Sequence record: DRR378314_409
Reading direction: 5' to 3' (one strand)
Length of the DNA stretch: 64,000 nt
Numbering within the stretch: position 1 is the stretch's first letter; each line of letters starts with the position of its first letter. The translations under genes were made by a program, and so were the position numbers. Of the stretch, positions 10,369-20,778 are shown piece after piece. The notes under the pieces are model-generated. The model did not search any database. It was given only the letters and a program-made list of their open reading frames with translations, and was not told the DNA's origin.

Positions 10369-11466
10369 TTAGTTTGCGAAACGGAAGTGAAGAACATCCC
10401 CATCCTTGACGATATATTCTTTGCCTTCAAGGCGCATTTGGCCCGCTTCTTTGGCTCCGTTTTCCCCATTGTTGCCAACATAAGCATCATAGGCGATCGT
10501 CTCGGCCCGGATAAATCCTTTTTCAAAATCGGTATGAATGACACCGGCAGCTTGCGGGGCTTTCGTCCCAACGGGAATTGTCCAAGCTCGGCATTCTTTT
10601 GGCCCAACAGTAAAATAAGTTACCAAATCTAACAGGTTGTAGCCGGCCCGAATGATACGACCGAGACCTGTTTCAGAAAGGCCAAGCTCCTCGAGAAATT
10701 CGGTCCGTTCTTCGTCTTCCAATTGGGCAACCTCAGCTTCAATCGCTGCAGAAATCACCACTACCCCCGCATTTTCGGTTTTGGCTTTCTCTTCAACTTT
10801 AGCCGAAAAGTCATTGCCCGACGCTGCGCAGTCTTCATCTACGTTACAAACATAAAGAACCGGCTTGGATGTCAGAAGCTGCAGGTTTTTAAAAGGACGA
10901 ACTTCATCATCTTCCAGTGCTACCGTGCGCGCAGGTTTGCCATCTTTCAGGACTTCCAATGCGCGATTGATCAGTGCGGATTGTAAAATAGCTTCCTTGT
11001 CGCCGCCACGGACCCGTTTGACAATTGTCTCTGCCCGTTTTTCAAGACTTTCAAGGTCTGCCAGCATTAGTTCTGTTTCAATCGTTTCAATATCAGCGAT
11101 TGGATCCACTTTGCCGTCAACATGGGTGATGTCATCATCTTCAAAGCAGCGTACGACTTGAATAATTGCATCAACTTCCCGAATGTGCGCCAAAAATTTG
11201 TTGCCTAGCCCTTCACCGCTCGCTGCACCGCGAACCAGGCCTGCAATGTCCACAAATGTCAATTGAGTGGGAATGAGTTCTTTGGATTTTGCCAGTTCAG
11301 ATAGTTTCTGCATCCGCTCATCCGGAACAGGGACTTGTCCGAGATTGGGCTCAATTGTGCAAAATGGGTAATTTTCAGCCGCTGCCTGAGCCGTTTGGGT
11401 CAGGGCATTAAACAATGTTGATTTCCCCACGTTCGGCAGGCCAACAATTCCACATTTAAAGCCCAT
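10369..11466 (-). CDS. ychF: redox-regulated ATPase YchF
   Basis: GIVGLPNVGKST, NYPFCTIEPN, DIAGLV, TGS domain. Confidence 0.98.
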   Translation of the reverse strand: MGFKCGIVGLPNVGKSTLFNALTQTAQAAAENYPFCTIEPNLGQVPVPDERMQKLSELAKSKELIPTQLTFVDIAGLVRGAASGEGLGNKFLAHIREVDAIIQVVRCFEDDDITHVDGKVDPIADIETIETELMLADLESLEKRAETIVKRVRGGDKEAILQSALINRALEVLKDGKPARTVALEDDEVRPFKNLQLLTSKPVLYVCNVDEDCAASGNDFSAKVEEKAKTENAGVVVISAAIEAEVAQLEDEERTEFLEELGLSETGLGRIIRAGYNLLDLVTYFTVGPKECRAWTIPVGTKAPQAAGVIHTDFEKGFIRAETIAYDAYVGNNGENGAKEAGQMRLEGKEYIVKDGDVLHFRFAN

Positions 11467-11478
11467 CAGGGATCTCCT

Positions 11479-12084
11479 CTATTTATCTTCAGCTTTTGCC
11501 GGTTTTTGGGGTTTTTTTTGGGCAGTGTCGAGGGCAACTTTGTTCATGAAGCCTGCATCGTCATCTGCGACTAGCATTTCGATATGTTTGGCAATACTGT
11601 CAATCATTGTATCGGCGACAGATTGCTCAGCTTTTGAAAAATCTTTAAGGACATAGGATGCCACGAGATTTTTGTCACCAGGATGTCCAATGCCTAGGCG
11701 TACCCGCTTAAAATTTTGACCAAGGTGTGCGTCAATAGACCGAAGACCATTATTGCCGCCATGTCCCCCGCCAGTCTTAACCCGCATTTTACCTAATGGC
11801 AGATCCAGTTCGTCATGTAAGACGATAATATCTTCAGGGGGAATTTTATAAAAATTAGCAGCTTCACGAACAGCGCGGCCGGATTCGTTCATGAAGGTCG
11901 TCGGCTTGAGCAAAAGCACCTTTTCACGGTCCAGTCGGCCTTCAGAAACCAATCCTTGAAATCTGATCTTTCCCGGGGAAAAGGAATGGCGGCGAATGAT
12001 TTCATCCGCCGCCATAAATCCGAAATTATGCCGGTTTTGCGCATACCCTTTTCCAGGATTGCCAAGTCCAACCAGCAAAATCAT
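11479..12084 (-). CDS. pth: peptidyl-tRNA hydrolase
   Basis: VGLGNPG, RHNFG, TFMNESG, HDELD. Confidence 0.97.
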   Translation of the reverse strand: MILLVGLGNPGKGYAQNRHNFGFMAADEIIRRHSFSPGKIRFQGLVSEGRLDREKVLLLKPTTFMNESGRAVREAANFYKIPPEDIIVLHDELDLPLGKMRVKTGGGHGGNNGLRSIDAHLGQNFKRVRLGIGHPGDKNLVASYVLKDFSKAEQSVADTMIDSIAKHIEMLVADDDAGFMNKVALDTAQKKPQKPAKAEDK

Positions 12085-12101
12085 CGTCTATTCCTGTAGT
12101 T

Positions 12102-12752
12102 TTATTCGCTGTCTTCGGAAGTTTCAGCAGCAGCTTCGCCGCCTTCTTCGCCTTCACCTTCTTCATCGTCATCAGCTTCAGTGGCGACAGTTGGCGCAGC
12201 AATTGTCGCAACTGTAAAGTCACGATCTGTAATTGTAGGCTCAGCACCTTCTGGCAAATCGAAGTCCGAAATATGGATACTATCACCAATGTCGAATTTG
12301 GATAGATCCACTTCAATGGCTTCTGGAATAGATGTCGCAGAAACCATCAGTTCAACTTCATGACGCACCACATTCAGCACACCACCGCGAACCAGACCCT
12401 GACACTCTTCTTCGTTCAGGAAGTTTACGGCAACATTAACAGCGATTTGTGATTTTGCGGAAACGCGCAGGAAGTCCACGTGTACAGGTGTGTCCTTAAT
12501 CGGATCCAGCTGAATGTCACGCGGAAGAACCTGGTGTTTGCCTTTGCCAACCTGAACTTCACAGATTGTGGCCAAGAAAGCACCACGGTTGATGTATTTG
12601 ATGAGATCTTTAGTCAAGAGAGAGACAGAAATTGGCTCTTTCTTATCACCATAAATTACCGCTGGGGTGCGGCCGTCACGACGCAATGCACGGGAGGTCC
12701 CCTTTCCTACCCGGTCGCGTTTTTCTGCAAGCAGAGTTACAACATCGCTCAT
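12102..12752 (-). CDS. rplY: 50S ribosomal protein L25/Ctc
   Basis: GKGTSRALRR, PAVIYG, HVDF; acidic tail. Confidence 0.97.
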   Translation of the reverse strand: MSDVVTLLAEKRDRVGKGTSRALRRDGRTPAVIYGDKKEPISVSLLTKDLIKYINRGAFLATICEVQVGKGKHQVLPRDIQLDPIKDTPVHVDFLRVSAKSQIAVNVAVNFLNEEECQGLVRGGVLNVVRHEVELMVSATSIPEAIEVDLSKFDIGDSIHISDFDLPEGAEPTITDRDFTVATIAAPTVATEADDDEEGEGEEGGEAAAETSEDSE

Positions 12753-12775
12753 TACATTTCTCCTTACGAACGAGC

Positions 12776-12830
12776 AACACCGGGTAAAACCCGGTGTTAG
12801 TTAAGTGCGTGCCTCCAGGGGTGCCCGCAC
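12776..12830 (-). promoter_or_regulatory. two-hairpin structured leader of rplY
   Basis: Inverted repeats at 12805-12830 and 12776-12798 just upstream of the AAGGAG SD. Confidence 0.45.
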
Positions 12831-12845
12831 AGTAAACCTGAAAGA

Positions 12846-13781
12846 TTAATCAAACAGGCTGGAAACCGAAGCTTCCTGTGAAATTCTTTTCATCGCCTCA
12901 CCAATAAGGGGGGCAATTGAAATCTGACGCATTTTTTCAGAAGCTTTGAAGGCTTCTGTGGCCAGAATACTGTCTGTTGTCACCATTTCAACCAGATCGG
13001 ATTCTTTGATCCGGTTGATGGCACCGCCGGAAAGGACACCATGTGTCACATATCCAACAACACGCTTGGCACCTTTTTCCATTAAGGCACCTGCGGCATT
13101 ACAAAGCGTTCCGGCACTATCGACAATGTCATCGACCAAGATACAGGTCTGACCTTCGACATCACCGATGATATTCATAACTTCTGAAACGCCCGCGCGT
13201 TCCCGGCGCTTATCGACGATTGCGAGATTGGCGTCAAGTCTTTTAGCAAATGCGCGGGCCCGAACAACCCCGCCCACATCTGGAGAGACAATCGTGATAT
13301 CTTCACCGCGGCCATAATGCTGCTCAATATCTGGTACAATGACTGGCGCAGAGAACAAGTTATCGGTTGGAATGTCAAAGAAACCCTGAATTTGACCGGC
13401 ATGCAGATCCATGGTTAAAACGCGATCGGCACCTGCAGTGGTAATGAGGTTGGCTACCAGCTTTGCAGATATCGGGGTTCTGGGTCCAGGTTTTCGGTCC
13501 TGCCTGGCATATCCGAAATATGGCACTACTGCAGTGATTCGCTTGGCGGAGGCACGCCTTAGCGCGTCTGTCGCTACCAACAGTTCCATAAGATGGTCAT
13601 TGGCAGGGTAGGAGGTGGGCTGGATGATGAAAACATCTTCGCCCCTTACATTTTCATGAATTTCGACAAAGATTTCATTGTCTGAGAACCGCCGGATAGC
13701 GGCATTTGTTAGGGGTAGTTCCAAATATTTAGCGACCGCATCCGAAAGAGGAAGGTTGCTGTTACAAGACAGGATTTTCAT
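12846..13781 (-). CDS. prs: ribose-phosphate pyrophosphokinase
   Basis: [21 protein letters not shown] and DDIVDSAGT motifs. Confidence 0.98.
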   Translation of the reverse strand: MKILSCNSNLPLSDAVAKYLELPLTNAAIRRFSDNEIFVEIHENVRGEDVFIIQPTSYPANDHLMELLVATDALRRASAKRITAVVPYFGYARQDRKPGPRTPISAKLVANLITTAGADRVLTMDLHAGQIQGFFDIPTDNLFSAPVIVPDIEQHYGRGEDITIVSPDVGGVVRARAFAKRLDANLAIVDKRRERAGVSEVMNIIGDVEGQTCILVDDIVDSAGTLCNAAGALMEKGAKRVVGYVTHGVLSGGAINRIKESDLVEMVTTDSILATEAFKASEKMRQISIAPLIGEAMKRISQEASVSSLFD

Positions 13782-13934
13782 TTGAACAGTCCTTTAGCCG
13801 TTAGGCTCAGTCCAACTCTTAATACACAAACTTGTAACGAGACTATGGTAACCGCGCCCAAGCGGGCCGGAACTTACCAAGGCGTTTTCATCCTGTAAAC
13901 GGTTTAAGAGCCAAAAAATCGATTCAAGGTCGCT

Positions 13935-14789
13935 TTATTTTGAGTTGCTGCTGAAATAGGCAGCTTCGACTTCTCTCAACAGCTTGTAGATACCACTTGC
14001 CCCGCCTTTCGCAGCAGCAATTGCCACCGGTCCCCATGGACCGTTCAGCGAACCGGCTCTGATTCTGTTCCGCTGTTCAACTTTGCCGACATATTCCCCG
14101 TTTTGGCGTTCCAATTGCCAAAGAATGCTGATCACTTGCGTGCCTTTCTTGGCAGGGCTCATGGAGACTTTGCCTTTGAGGATATAGCTGGCTTGCCAAG
14201 GTTCTGGCAGAACATCTATGCCTAACGCGAGAATATTCTCCTGCATGGCCGCTGCGAGGGTTTCCGAGCCATCGCCAGGCGCCCCTTCGACGATCGGAAT
14301 AAACAAAGCGGGCCTCTTTAAGGCATCAAAATTGACACCTCTGCCGCCCAAAAGGATATCAACCTCGCTCGCACTTTTCAGAGCGACCGGCGTAAGTTCA
14401 TTTGAAAAAAGGGAAGGGCCGATCGCAACCGTCCCAATTTGTTGGGTGGTGTTCAGGCCGATCTCTTGACCGGATGGATCAAGAATGTTCCATGATACGA
14501 AGCTTTTGCCGTCTTTTAAAAAGACACGCCCTTGTAGAGCATATCTGTTGGCGATGGCATCTCCTGTAAAAGCCGCCACTCCCAGATTTTGCAAATTCCG
14601 AGAAACATCTTCGCGAAGGTCTTCCGGCCCATTTTGGATGGGGGGGATATACAAGGAGGCGCGAGGGCCTGGTGCATTTGACAGAGCTGTTTTTTGCCGG
14701 GGTTGAAACGGGCGCTCCAAAGGTTGGCAGGCAACAAGCGCACCTATACAGACCGATAATAGAATGAGTTTGAAAGGATTAGAGTGCAC
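13935..14789 (-). CDS. putative lipoprotein
   Basis: GTG start at 14789 gives a hydrophobic signal ending in the LVAC lipobox. Confidence 0.65.
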   Translation of the reverse strand: MHSNPFKLILLSVCIGALVACQPLERPFQPRQKTALSNAPGPRASLYIPPIQNGPEDLREDVSRNLQNLGVAAFTGDAIANRYALQGRVFLKDGKSFVSWNILDPSGQEIGLNTTQQIGTVAIGPSLFSNELTPVALKSASEVDILLGGRGVNFDALKRPALFIPIVEGAPGDGSETLAAAMQENILALGIDVLPEPWQASYILKGKVSMSPAKKGTQVISILWQLERQNGEYVGKVEQRNRIRAGSLNGPWGPVAIAAAKGGASGIYKLLREVEAAYFSSNSK

Positions 14790-14868
14790 AGGTCGCCAAC
14801 AGTCCAAGAATGCAAAGAAATAAGAAGATGATGAGATGGGGCATGAACAAAGAGCCTGATCTAGTGTT

Positions 14869-15654
14869 TTAAGTCGTGCTACTGGCTTCTGGGATAAGTG
14901 CGATCGCGGAAAGCTGCCGACCATAATCAGGTTCCCCGCGATGGCAGGTTCGCCGGTAACTGAAAAAACGATCTTCGTCAGTATAGGTATCCAGTGTCAA
15001 CCGCTCGATAGATTTTAAGGGGAGTGATTTCAGGTCATCCAAAACCATACCAGTTAAATCGAAAAGAAAATGACCGGGTTTGGACGCTGGGATAAAGTAT
15101 TTCTGCTTGTCGGGGTTTTTCGCAACAAACGGATCCGGAAATTCGGGGCCGACTTCATAGGATGGCTGTTGGATTGCAGGGCCGACTGCTGCGGAAATTT
15201 CGCCGACCTCAGCTCCTAGTTTAACCATTTCAGTGATGACATTTCCAAAAATTCCGAGGAGACTTCCTTTCCAGCCCGAATGGGCGGCACCAATCACGCT
15301 GTTTTTGGCATCTGAAAACAGGATCGGGACGCAGTCCGCCGTTAATATTCCAAGGGCAACCCCTTTTTCACGGGTTACCATAGCGTCTCCCTTGGGACGA
15401 TCTTCTGGGTTCCCGTTGCCATCGACAACGATGACATCAGCACTATGAATTTGGTAAAGTGTAAAAAGCCGATCTACAGGCAGGTTCAGGGCTGCCATTG
15501 CCCGCGTTCTATTTTCTGTTACAGCTTCAAGGCTATCGCTAGAGCCGGGGCCGCAGTTCAGACCCTTAAAAATGCCTGTTGATACGCCATTTTCTCGCGT
15601 GAAAAAAGCGTGATCTACTGATGTCCCGATTAAATTATTGGCTTTCATAAGCAT
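14869..15654 (-). CDS. pgeF: peptidoglycan editing factor / YfiH-family nucleoside phosphorylase
   Basis: FFTRENGVS, QIHS, TADCVP, AAHSGWKG and FFSYRR motifs. Confidence 0.93.
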   Translation of the reverse strand: MLMKANNLIGTSVDHAFFTRENGVSTGIFKGLNCGPGSSDSLEAVTENRTRAMAALNLPVDRLFTLYQIHSADVIVVDGNGNPEDRPKGDAMVTREKGVALGILTADCVPILFSDAKNSVIGAAHSGWKGSLLGIFGNVITEMVKLGAEVGEISAAVGPAIQQPSYEVGPEFPDPFVAKNPDKQKYFIPASKPGHFLFDLTGMVLDDLKSLPLKSIERLTLDTYTDEDRFFSYRRTCHRGEPDYGRQLSAIALIPEASSTT

Positions 15655-16736
15655 TAGCTGAATCCGGCAGGTCCTTCACTCATTCCATTATGAAAACTAA
15701 ACGCTTTAAACAACGTACCCATTCCTGAACTGCTGACAAGTCGTTTTAGGTCTTCTGAAATTCGGTTTTTGGTTGTCTCGTCGACATTCCTGGAAAGCGT
15801 TAGAGCGCGAGCCTCAATTCCCAGACGCTCAAGAAAGCGACCTTGTGTTGCAATTGGCGCTGAAGTACATCCAGCCTTTTTGCTGATCGTTGCAAGATGC
15901 ATAAAGTCAACATGAGCCGTCAGATCCTGCAATCCAGGATCTTTCAATGGGTCGACAAACTTGTGGTTTCTGACGGCTTGAAAACTATCTCCAAAGCCGC
16001 TGTCAGCCGGACCGTAATCTATGAACAGAGCCACCCCTGTTTGGCGGGAAAACCGTTCAGCCAATGTCTGGACGGTCTGGCTGGCGATCTGCGGCAGTTC
16101 ATAAACAGTGCCGTTTTTCAAGTCAGTGTTCTTAGGCAATTCTCTCAGAATTTTATCATCATGAATATCTGAAGGGATGAAAGAAAAAGCGTCTTCAGCA
16201 AGGCTTACTTTTCGTTCCGTCCATTGACCGCCGCAGATTTCAAATTGCCGAATGGGCAGTGCATCGAGAAATTCATTACCAATCAGGATCAGTGGAAGGT
16301 CTTGCGGTAAGTCTTCAAGTCGGTGATGCCAGGTGATGGTCTGGTTAATCAGAGCAGCCTGTTGAACTGACTGAAGGTTTCTGCTTCCTTCAACAAGATG
16401 AATATGCGCGGCTTGAAGGAAGTCGGGTGCTAGTTGAGCGCTCCGAAGGGCATCCTGCATCAAGGTTCCGTGGCCGGGTCCGACTTCAGCCAGTATGAAG
16501 TTATCGGGGGCTCCCAGTTTGACCCAACAATCGACACACCAAAGTCCGATCAATTCACCAAACATCTGGCTGACTTCAGGGGCCGTGATGAAATCACCCT
16601 TTGCCCCCAGCGGCGTAGCCGTTTGGTAATAGCCATATTCAGGATGCATGAGGGCAAGATCCATAAACCGGTCCAGCGCTATTGGACCGGTGTCAAGGAT
16701 TTCTTGGCGGATAATCTGATGCAGTGGTGACGTCAT
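15654..16736 (-). CDS. SAM-dependent methyltransferase, MidA/NDUFAF7 family
   Basis: GDFITAPE, EVGPGHG, NEFLDALP and DLTAHVDF motifs. Confidence 0.92.
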   Translation of the reverse strand: MTSPLHQIIRQEILDTGPIALDRFMDLALMHPEYGYYQTATPLGAKGDFITAPEVSQMFGELIGLWCVDCWVKLGAPDNFILAEVGPGHGTLMQDALRSAQLAPDFLQAAHIHLVEGSRNLQSVQQAALINQTITWHHRLEDLPQDLPLILIGNEFLDALPIRQFEICGGQWTERKVSLAEDAFSFIPSDIHDDKILRELPKNTDLKNGTVYELPQIASQTVQTLAERFSRQTGVALFIDYGPADSGFGDSFQAVRNHKFVDPLKDPGLQDLTAHVDFMHLATISKKAGCTSAPIATQGRFLERLGIEARALTLSRNVDETTKNRISEDLKRLVSSSGMGTLFKAFSFHNGMSEGPAGFS

Positions 16737-17539
16737 GGCTTGCGGTTAGCTTGCCAGATCAGGAATAGACCCACCATAATCATGGGAACCGACAGCAATT
16801 GCCCCATTGTCGATCCACCGACCAGAAGTCCCAGATGTGCATCTGGTTGGCGAAATAATTCCACAAAGGATCTTGCAAGTGCATAGCCGATTAAAAAGAC
16901 GCCGGACAAGACCCCAGGGCGGGACCCAAAAGCTGTTCGTTTCAATGCTATGATAATCAGGAAGAGAAGGAGACCTTCCAAAAGCGCTTCATATAATTGG
17001 CTTGGATGGCGGGGGAGGGGGCCGCCATTGGGAAATACCATGGCCCAAGCAACATCGCTGGTCCGGCCAAATAGTTCGCCATTGATAAAGTTGGCAATGC
17101 GCCCGAAGAAAAGGCCGACCGGCGCAACAATCGCCAGCATATCTGCAAGTTCAAGGGTAGGGAGCTTGTGTTTTCTACAAAATAGATAGGCTGCGATTAC
17201 TACGCCCAGAAAACCACCGTGGAAGGACATCCCGCCCTGCCAGACTTTCAGAATTTCGACCGGATTGGCCATATAGAATTCGGGTTTATAAAAAATCACA
17301 TACCCTAATCGCCCACCCAGGATCACGCCTAGAGTTGCCCACATCAGAAAATCGTCAACATGGGTTGGCGTTATGACCGTTTTCCCGGATTTCGCAAAAT
17401 GGATCATTAATTGCCAGCCAATTACCAGACCTGCAATGTAAGCAAGTGCGTACCAACGGATGGCAAATGGCCCGATACTTAAGAGTATGGGGTCAATTTC
17501 AGGGTAGGATAGGACTGAAAGAGATGTGATTAAATTCAT
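16733..17539 (-). CDS. lgt: prolipoprotein diacylglyceryl transferase
   Basis: GGMSFHGG, GRIANFINGEL and HPSQLYE motifs. Confidence 0.98.
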   Translation of the reverse strand: MNLITSLSVLSYPEIDPILLSIGPFAIRWYALAYIAGLVIGWQLMIHFAKSGKTVITPTHVDDFLMWATLGVILGGRLGYVIFYKPEFYMANPVEILKVWQGGMSFHGGFLGVVIAAYLFCRKHKLPTLELADMLAIVAPVGLFFGRIANFINGELFGRTSDVAWAMVFPNGGPLPRHPSQLYEALLEGLLLFLIIIALKRTAFGSRPGVLSGVFLIGYALARSFVELFRQPDAHLGLLVGGSTMGQLLSVPMIMVGLFLIWQANRKP

Positions 17540-17683
17540 GGCGCTAGACTATATAGTCTGCGTCTCAAACCGCAATAAGAAGTGGTGGGATCTTGCTAGA
17601 TTTATCTGTGACCGGTGTCTCAAACGGGTTGCATTCTGGTCCATATTAACCCATATTGCAGTAATAGATTTAAGGGAAATAAG

Positions 17684-17980
17684 ATGCAATCAGACTCCAA
17701 ATTTTTCGATGATTTCGCCAAATTAGCTTCGGGCGCCCTTGGCACAGCGCAAGGAATGAAGACGGAGATGGATAATTTGATGCATCAGCAGATGGAGCGG
17801 ATGCTATCCAAAATGGACCTTGTCCAGCGGGATGAATTTGACGCTTTGAAGGCAATTGTTGTCTCTCTAACAGAAACCGTCGAGACGCAGAATGACACGA
17901 TTAACGATCTGAAGTCTCAGCTTGCCAAGAAGCCCGCTCCGAAGTCGACCCGTTCTACCGCAGCGAAAAAGAAAAGCTGA
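17684..17980 (+). CDS. ubiK: UbiK-family accessory factor
   Basis: MDLVQRDEFD motif and coiled coil; divergent from lgt as is usual in alphaproteobacteria. Confidence 0.8.
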   Translation: MQSDSKFFDDFAKLASGALGTAQGMKTEMDNLMHQQMERMLSKMDLVQRDEFDALKAIVVSLTETVETQNDTINDLKSQLAKKPAPKSTRSTAAKKKS

Positions 17981-18020
17981 TTCCGGCGGTTTATTTCGAC
18001 CTATTACAATTGTGATAATG

Positions 18021-18029
18021 TTATCCACA
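18021..18029 (+). promoter_or_regulatory. DnaA box
   Basis: Exact TTATCCACA in an intergenic region. Confidence 0.6.
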
Positions 18030-18213
18030 AGAAATGTGGCGGCGTACCACCTTTTAACTTGCGTGAATTTCAAGCGTTAGCTACGCTATATATATGGTTG
18101 CAAATTAATTTAGCTACCATATATGGCCCGAACCGGAATTTCTGTGTTTTTATGTGGCGATGCGGGCGCATTTGACCCAAGGCGCGGAAACTTCTGAAAG
18201 ATGGAGACCCGCC

Positions 18214-18720
18214 ATGACGACACTTCTTCTGTCATCTGAAGAAACAGATATACATAATCCATTGGATATTTTCGAAGCTATTATTGACCAAAATGACTGG
18301 GCATATGACCGTCAGGGAAATAATGAGCTGACCGTCGGTGTTGAAGGCAGTTGGTGCCAGTATCACTTGTGGTTTTCCTGGCGGCCAGATCTTAAGGCTG
18401 TCCATTTTTCCTGTGCTTATGACATCAAGATCCCTGAAAAAAGCCACAGCGTTATTTATGAATTGATGGCAATGATCAATGAACGGCTATTCGTTGGCCA
18501 TTTTGATGCTTGGCGCGATGAGGGTCTGTTGATGTTTCGTCATGCTCTTCTGCTTAATAGAAGAGGAGACCTTGAGGAGGAGCAGGCGCAGACATTACTG
18601 GAAATGGGCATGAAAGAGCTTGATCGTTTTTATCCTGCGATCCAATTCTGCATTTGGGGTGGTAAGTCTCCCGAAGATGCATTAGATGCCGCTATGTTGG
18701 AAACTATGGGTGAAGCTTAA
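18214..18720 (+). CDS. YbjN-domain protein
   Basis: NPLD..E, GSW..Y and GHFD motifs; position upstream of proC. Confidence 0.82.
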   Translation: MTTLLLSSEETDIHNPLDIFEAIIDQNDWAYDRQGNNELTVGVEGSWCQYHLWFSWRPDLKAVHFSCAYDIKIPEKSHSVIYELMAMINERLFVGHFDAWRDEGLLMFRHALLLNRRGDLEEEQAQTLLEMGMKELDRFYPAIQFCIWGGKSPEDALDAAMLETMGEA

Positions 18721-18724
18721 TCAA

Positions 18725-19534
18725 ATGAGTATGTCAATTTTACTGGTCGGTTGCGGGAATATGGGCCGTGCCATGTTGGGCGGATGGATCGATCAAGGTG
18801 TTAAGCCAAACGATATCGTTGTTGTGGATCCGTCTGCAGATAATCGAGAGAAAGCTGGGAAACTGGGGAGCAGGACCTTTTCCTCCCCGTTATTGATCGA
18901 AGAGGGATATTGCCCAGATGTAATTATTCTGGCCGTAAAACCACAAGTCATTTCCGAGGTTTTAGACAGTTACCGGCAATATGCTGATCAAGGTGCTTTG
19001 ATAATCTCGATTGCTGCAGGGGCCCAGATTGAGCGATTTGAGCAGAGTTTCGGCCAATCGGCAGCGATCATCCGCACCATGCCCAATACACCCGCAGCGA
19101 TCCGCCGGGGGATGATGGTATCTGTAGCAAACGGAAATGTGACAGATCATCATCGAAAACTCTGTGACGTCTTAATGCAGGCAATTGGCAATACGGCCTG
19201 GATTGATGATGAGGGATTGATGGATGCTGTAACAGGGTTGTCCGGCTCCGGCCCAGCCTATGTCTTCTACATGATTGAAAGCATGAAAGATGCGGGTATT
19301 GCCACAGGATTGCCGGAAGAGCTTGCATTGAAATTGGCAAAAACGACTGTAGCAGGGGCAAGTGAACTCGCCCAGGTTTCACCTGAAACGGTGGAGCAGT
19401 TGCGGGTAAATGTGACAAGTCCAAATGGGACGACTGCAGCCGGATTAAAGGTTCTAATGGCAGAAGATGGTTTGAAGCCATTGATGGAACGGACGGTAAA
19501 AGCCGCTTCTGATAGATCAAAAGAGCTTTCATAA
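18725..19534 (+). CDS. proC: pyrroline-5-carboxylate reductase
   Basis: GCGNMG, AVKPQ, MPNTP, SGSGPAY and VTSPNGTT motifs. Confidence 0.97.
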   Translation: MSMSILLVGCGNMGRAMLGGWIDQGVKPNDIVVVDPSADNREKAGKLGSRTFSSPLLIEEGYCPDVIILAVKPQVISEVLDSYRQYADQGALIISIAAGAQIERFEQSFGQSAAIIRTMPNTPAAIRRGMMVSVANGNVTDHHRKLCDVLMQAIGNTAWIDDEGLMDAVTGLSGSGPAYVFYMIESMKDAGIATGLPEELALKLAKTTVAGASELAQVSPETVEQLRVNVTSPNGTTAAGLKVLMAEDGLKPLMERTVKAASDRSKELS

Positions 19535-19587
19535 AACCCTTGAAAGTAGTTTTAAAATTGATATGTATACTCTTTTAAGGAGCAATC

Positions 19588-20004
19588 ATGCCGATTGACA
19601 AAGCTGCCGGAACTGAAGCCCATTTGGCTGGAAAGCTCGTTATTCCAGACCTCACTGCAATTCATGAGAGCCAGCAACAGAATTTAAGGGCGATGACAGC
19701 TATTACCGCTGAGGTGACTAGTAGTTTTGCAGATTTAACTAAATCTCAGACGGTTTTTCTCAATGACTTACTCGGAGAGTATGAGCGGAGTTTGAAAGAA
19801 AACGTGAATGTGCAGGACCTGAGCGGAAATTTGAAATCCCTGCAGGATAAATTGGCCAAATCCGCGGCATTGACCAAAAACCTGGAAGATGTGTCCAATA
19901 CCGTCTTGGCCGTTTCGCAGAAATCATCAGAGCAAGTCATTCAGGCTGTGGAGCAATCCATGGCGAAGATTGATCTGACGGCGACTAAATTTTCGGGTGG
20001 TTAA
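19588..20004 (+). CDS. hypothetical helical protein, phasin-like
   Basis: AAGGAG SD; DLTAIHESQQQNLRAMT resembles phasin N-termini. Confidence 0.5.
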   Translation: MPIDKAAGTEAHLAGKLVIPDLTAIHESQQQNLRAMTAITAEVTSSFADLTKSQTVFLNDLLGEYERSLKENVNVQDLSGNLKSLQDKLAKSAALTKNLEDVSNTVLAVSQKSSEQVIQAVEQSMAKIDLTATKFSGG

Positions 20005-20046
20005 TAGTGAATAGATCCATAGAATATCCAGATTGATAACCCTTGA

Positions 20047-20409
20047 ATGAGTGAGATGATGCCGAAAAAAGAAACAGAAATAGAATTTGGTGATTTTCTT
20101 AAAGTCGACATTCGGGTTGGCCAGATCATTGAAGCTGAAGAATTTCCAGAAGCTAGAAATCCTGCCTATAAATTGAAAATCGATTTTGGCGAAGATATTG
20201 GGATCAAGAAAAGTTCTGCCCAAATTACTGTTTTATACCCGCGTGAAGAACTGGTTGGAAAACGGATCGCTGCCGTTGTGAATTTCCCGCCGCGCCAAAT
20301 TGGACCCGTTATGTCTGAGGTTCTGGTGCTTGGGTTTAGTGACGCAGAAGGGGCGATTTCTTTAATCGGTCCAGATCATGATGTGCCGATTGGCGGCCGA
20401 TTGCATTAA
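20047..20409 (+). CDS. csaA: tRNA-binding/export chaperone CsaA
   Basis: DFLKVDIRVG, SSAQIT, VNFPPRQIG and SEVLVLG motifs. Confidence 0.93.
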   Translation: MSEMMPKKETEIEFGDFLKVDIRVGQIIEAEEFPEARNPAYKLKIDFGEDIGIKKSSAQITVLYPREELVGKRIAAVVNFPPRQIGPVMSEVLVLGFSDAEGAISLIGPDHDVPIGGRLH

Positions 20410-20412
20410 GAG

Positions 20413-20778
20413 GTGACAGGCGTGAAGACATCAGACCGGTTTGAAATGCCGCAACCTCCAAAATTGGATGCCCTTTTCCGGGCGCATCAGCAAGAGGTAT
20501 CTGCAGCCCAGCAAAAGGCAGATGAGTTATTGCAATCTGTTCGTCAAAAAGATGAGCAGATTGCGACGCTTGTGGATACCTATCAAAAGGAAATTGAGCA
20601 GGTTCATTTGATTGCCAAGGCTGTGGTCGACGCGCCAACCGCTATTGCATCAGTTCCCTTGGTACTGGCTGCAGCAAACGCCGCTTTCGCGCAGGCACCC
20701 GTTTGCGATGCGGATTTGCAAAAAATGTTTTCAGATTGCATTTCTGCAATGGAGGCCAACACTACCACGGCAACGTAA
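20413..20778 (+). CDS. hypothetical coiled-coil protein
   Basis: Open frame with A/Q/E-rich helical composition; overlaps the 3' end of the convergent kinase gene. Confidence 0.5.
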   Translation: MTGVKTSDRFEMPQPPKLDALFRAHQQEVSAAQQKADELLQSVRQKDEQIATLVDTYQKEIEQVHLIAKAVVDAPTAIASVPLVLAAANAAFAQAPVCDADLQKMFSDCISAMEANTTTAT

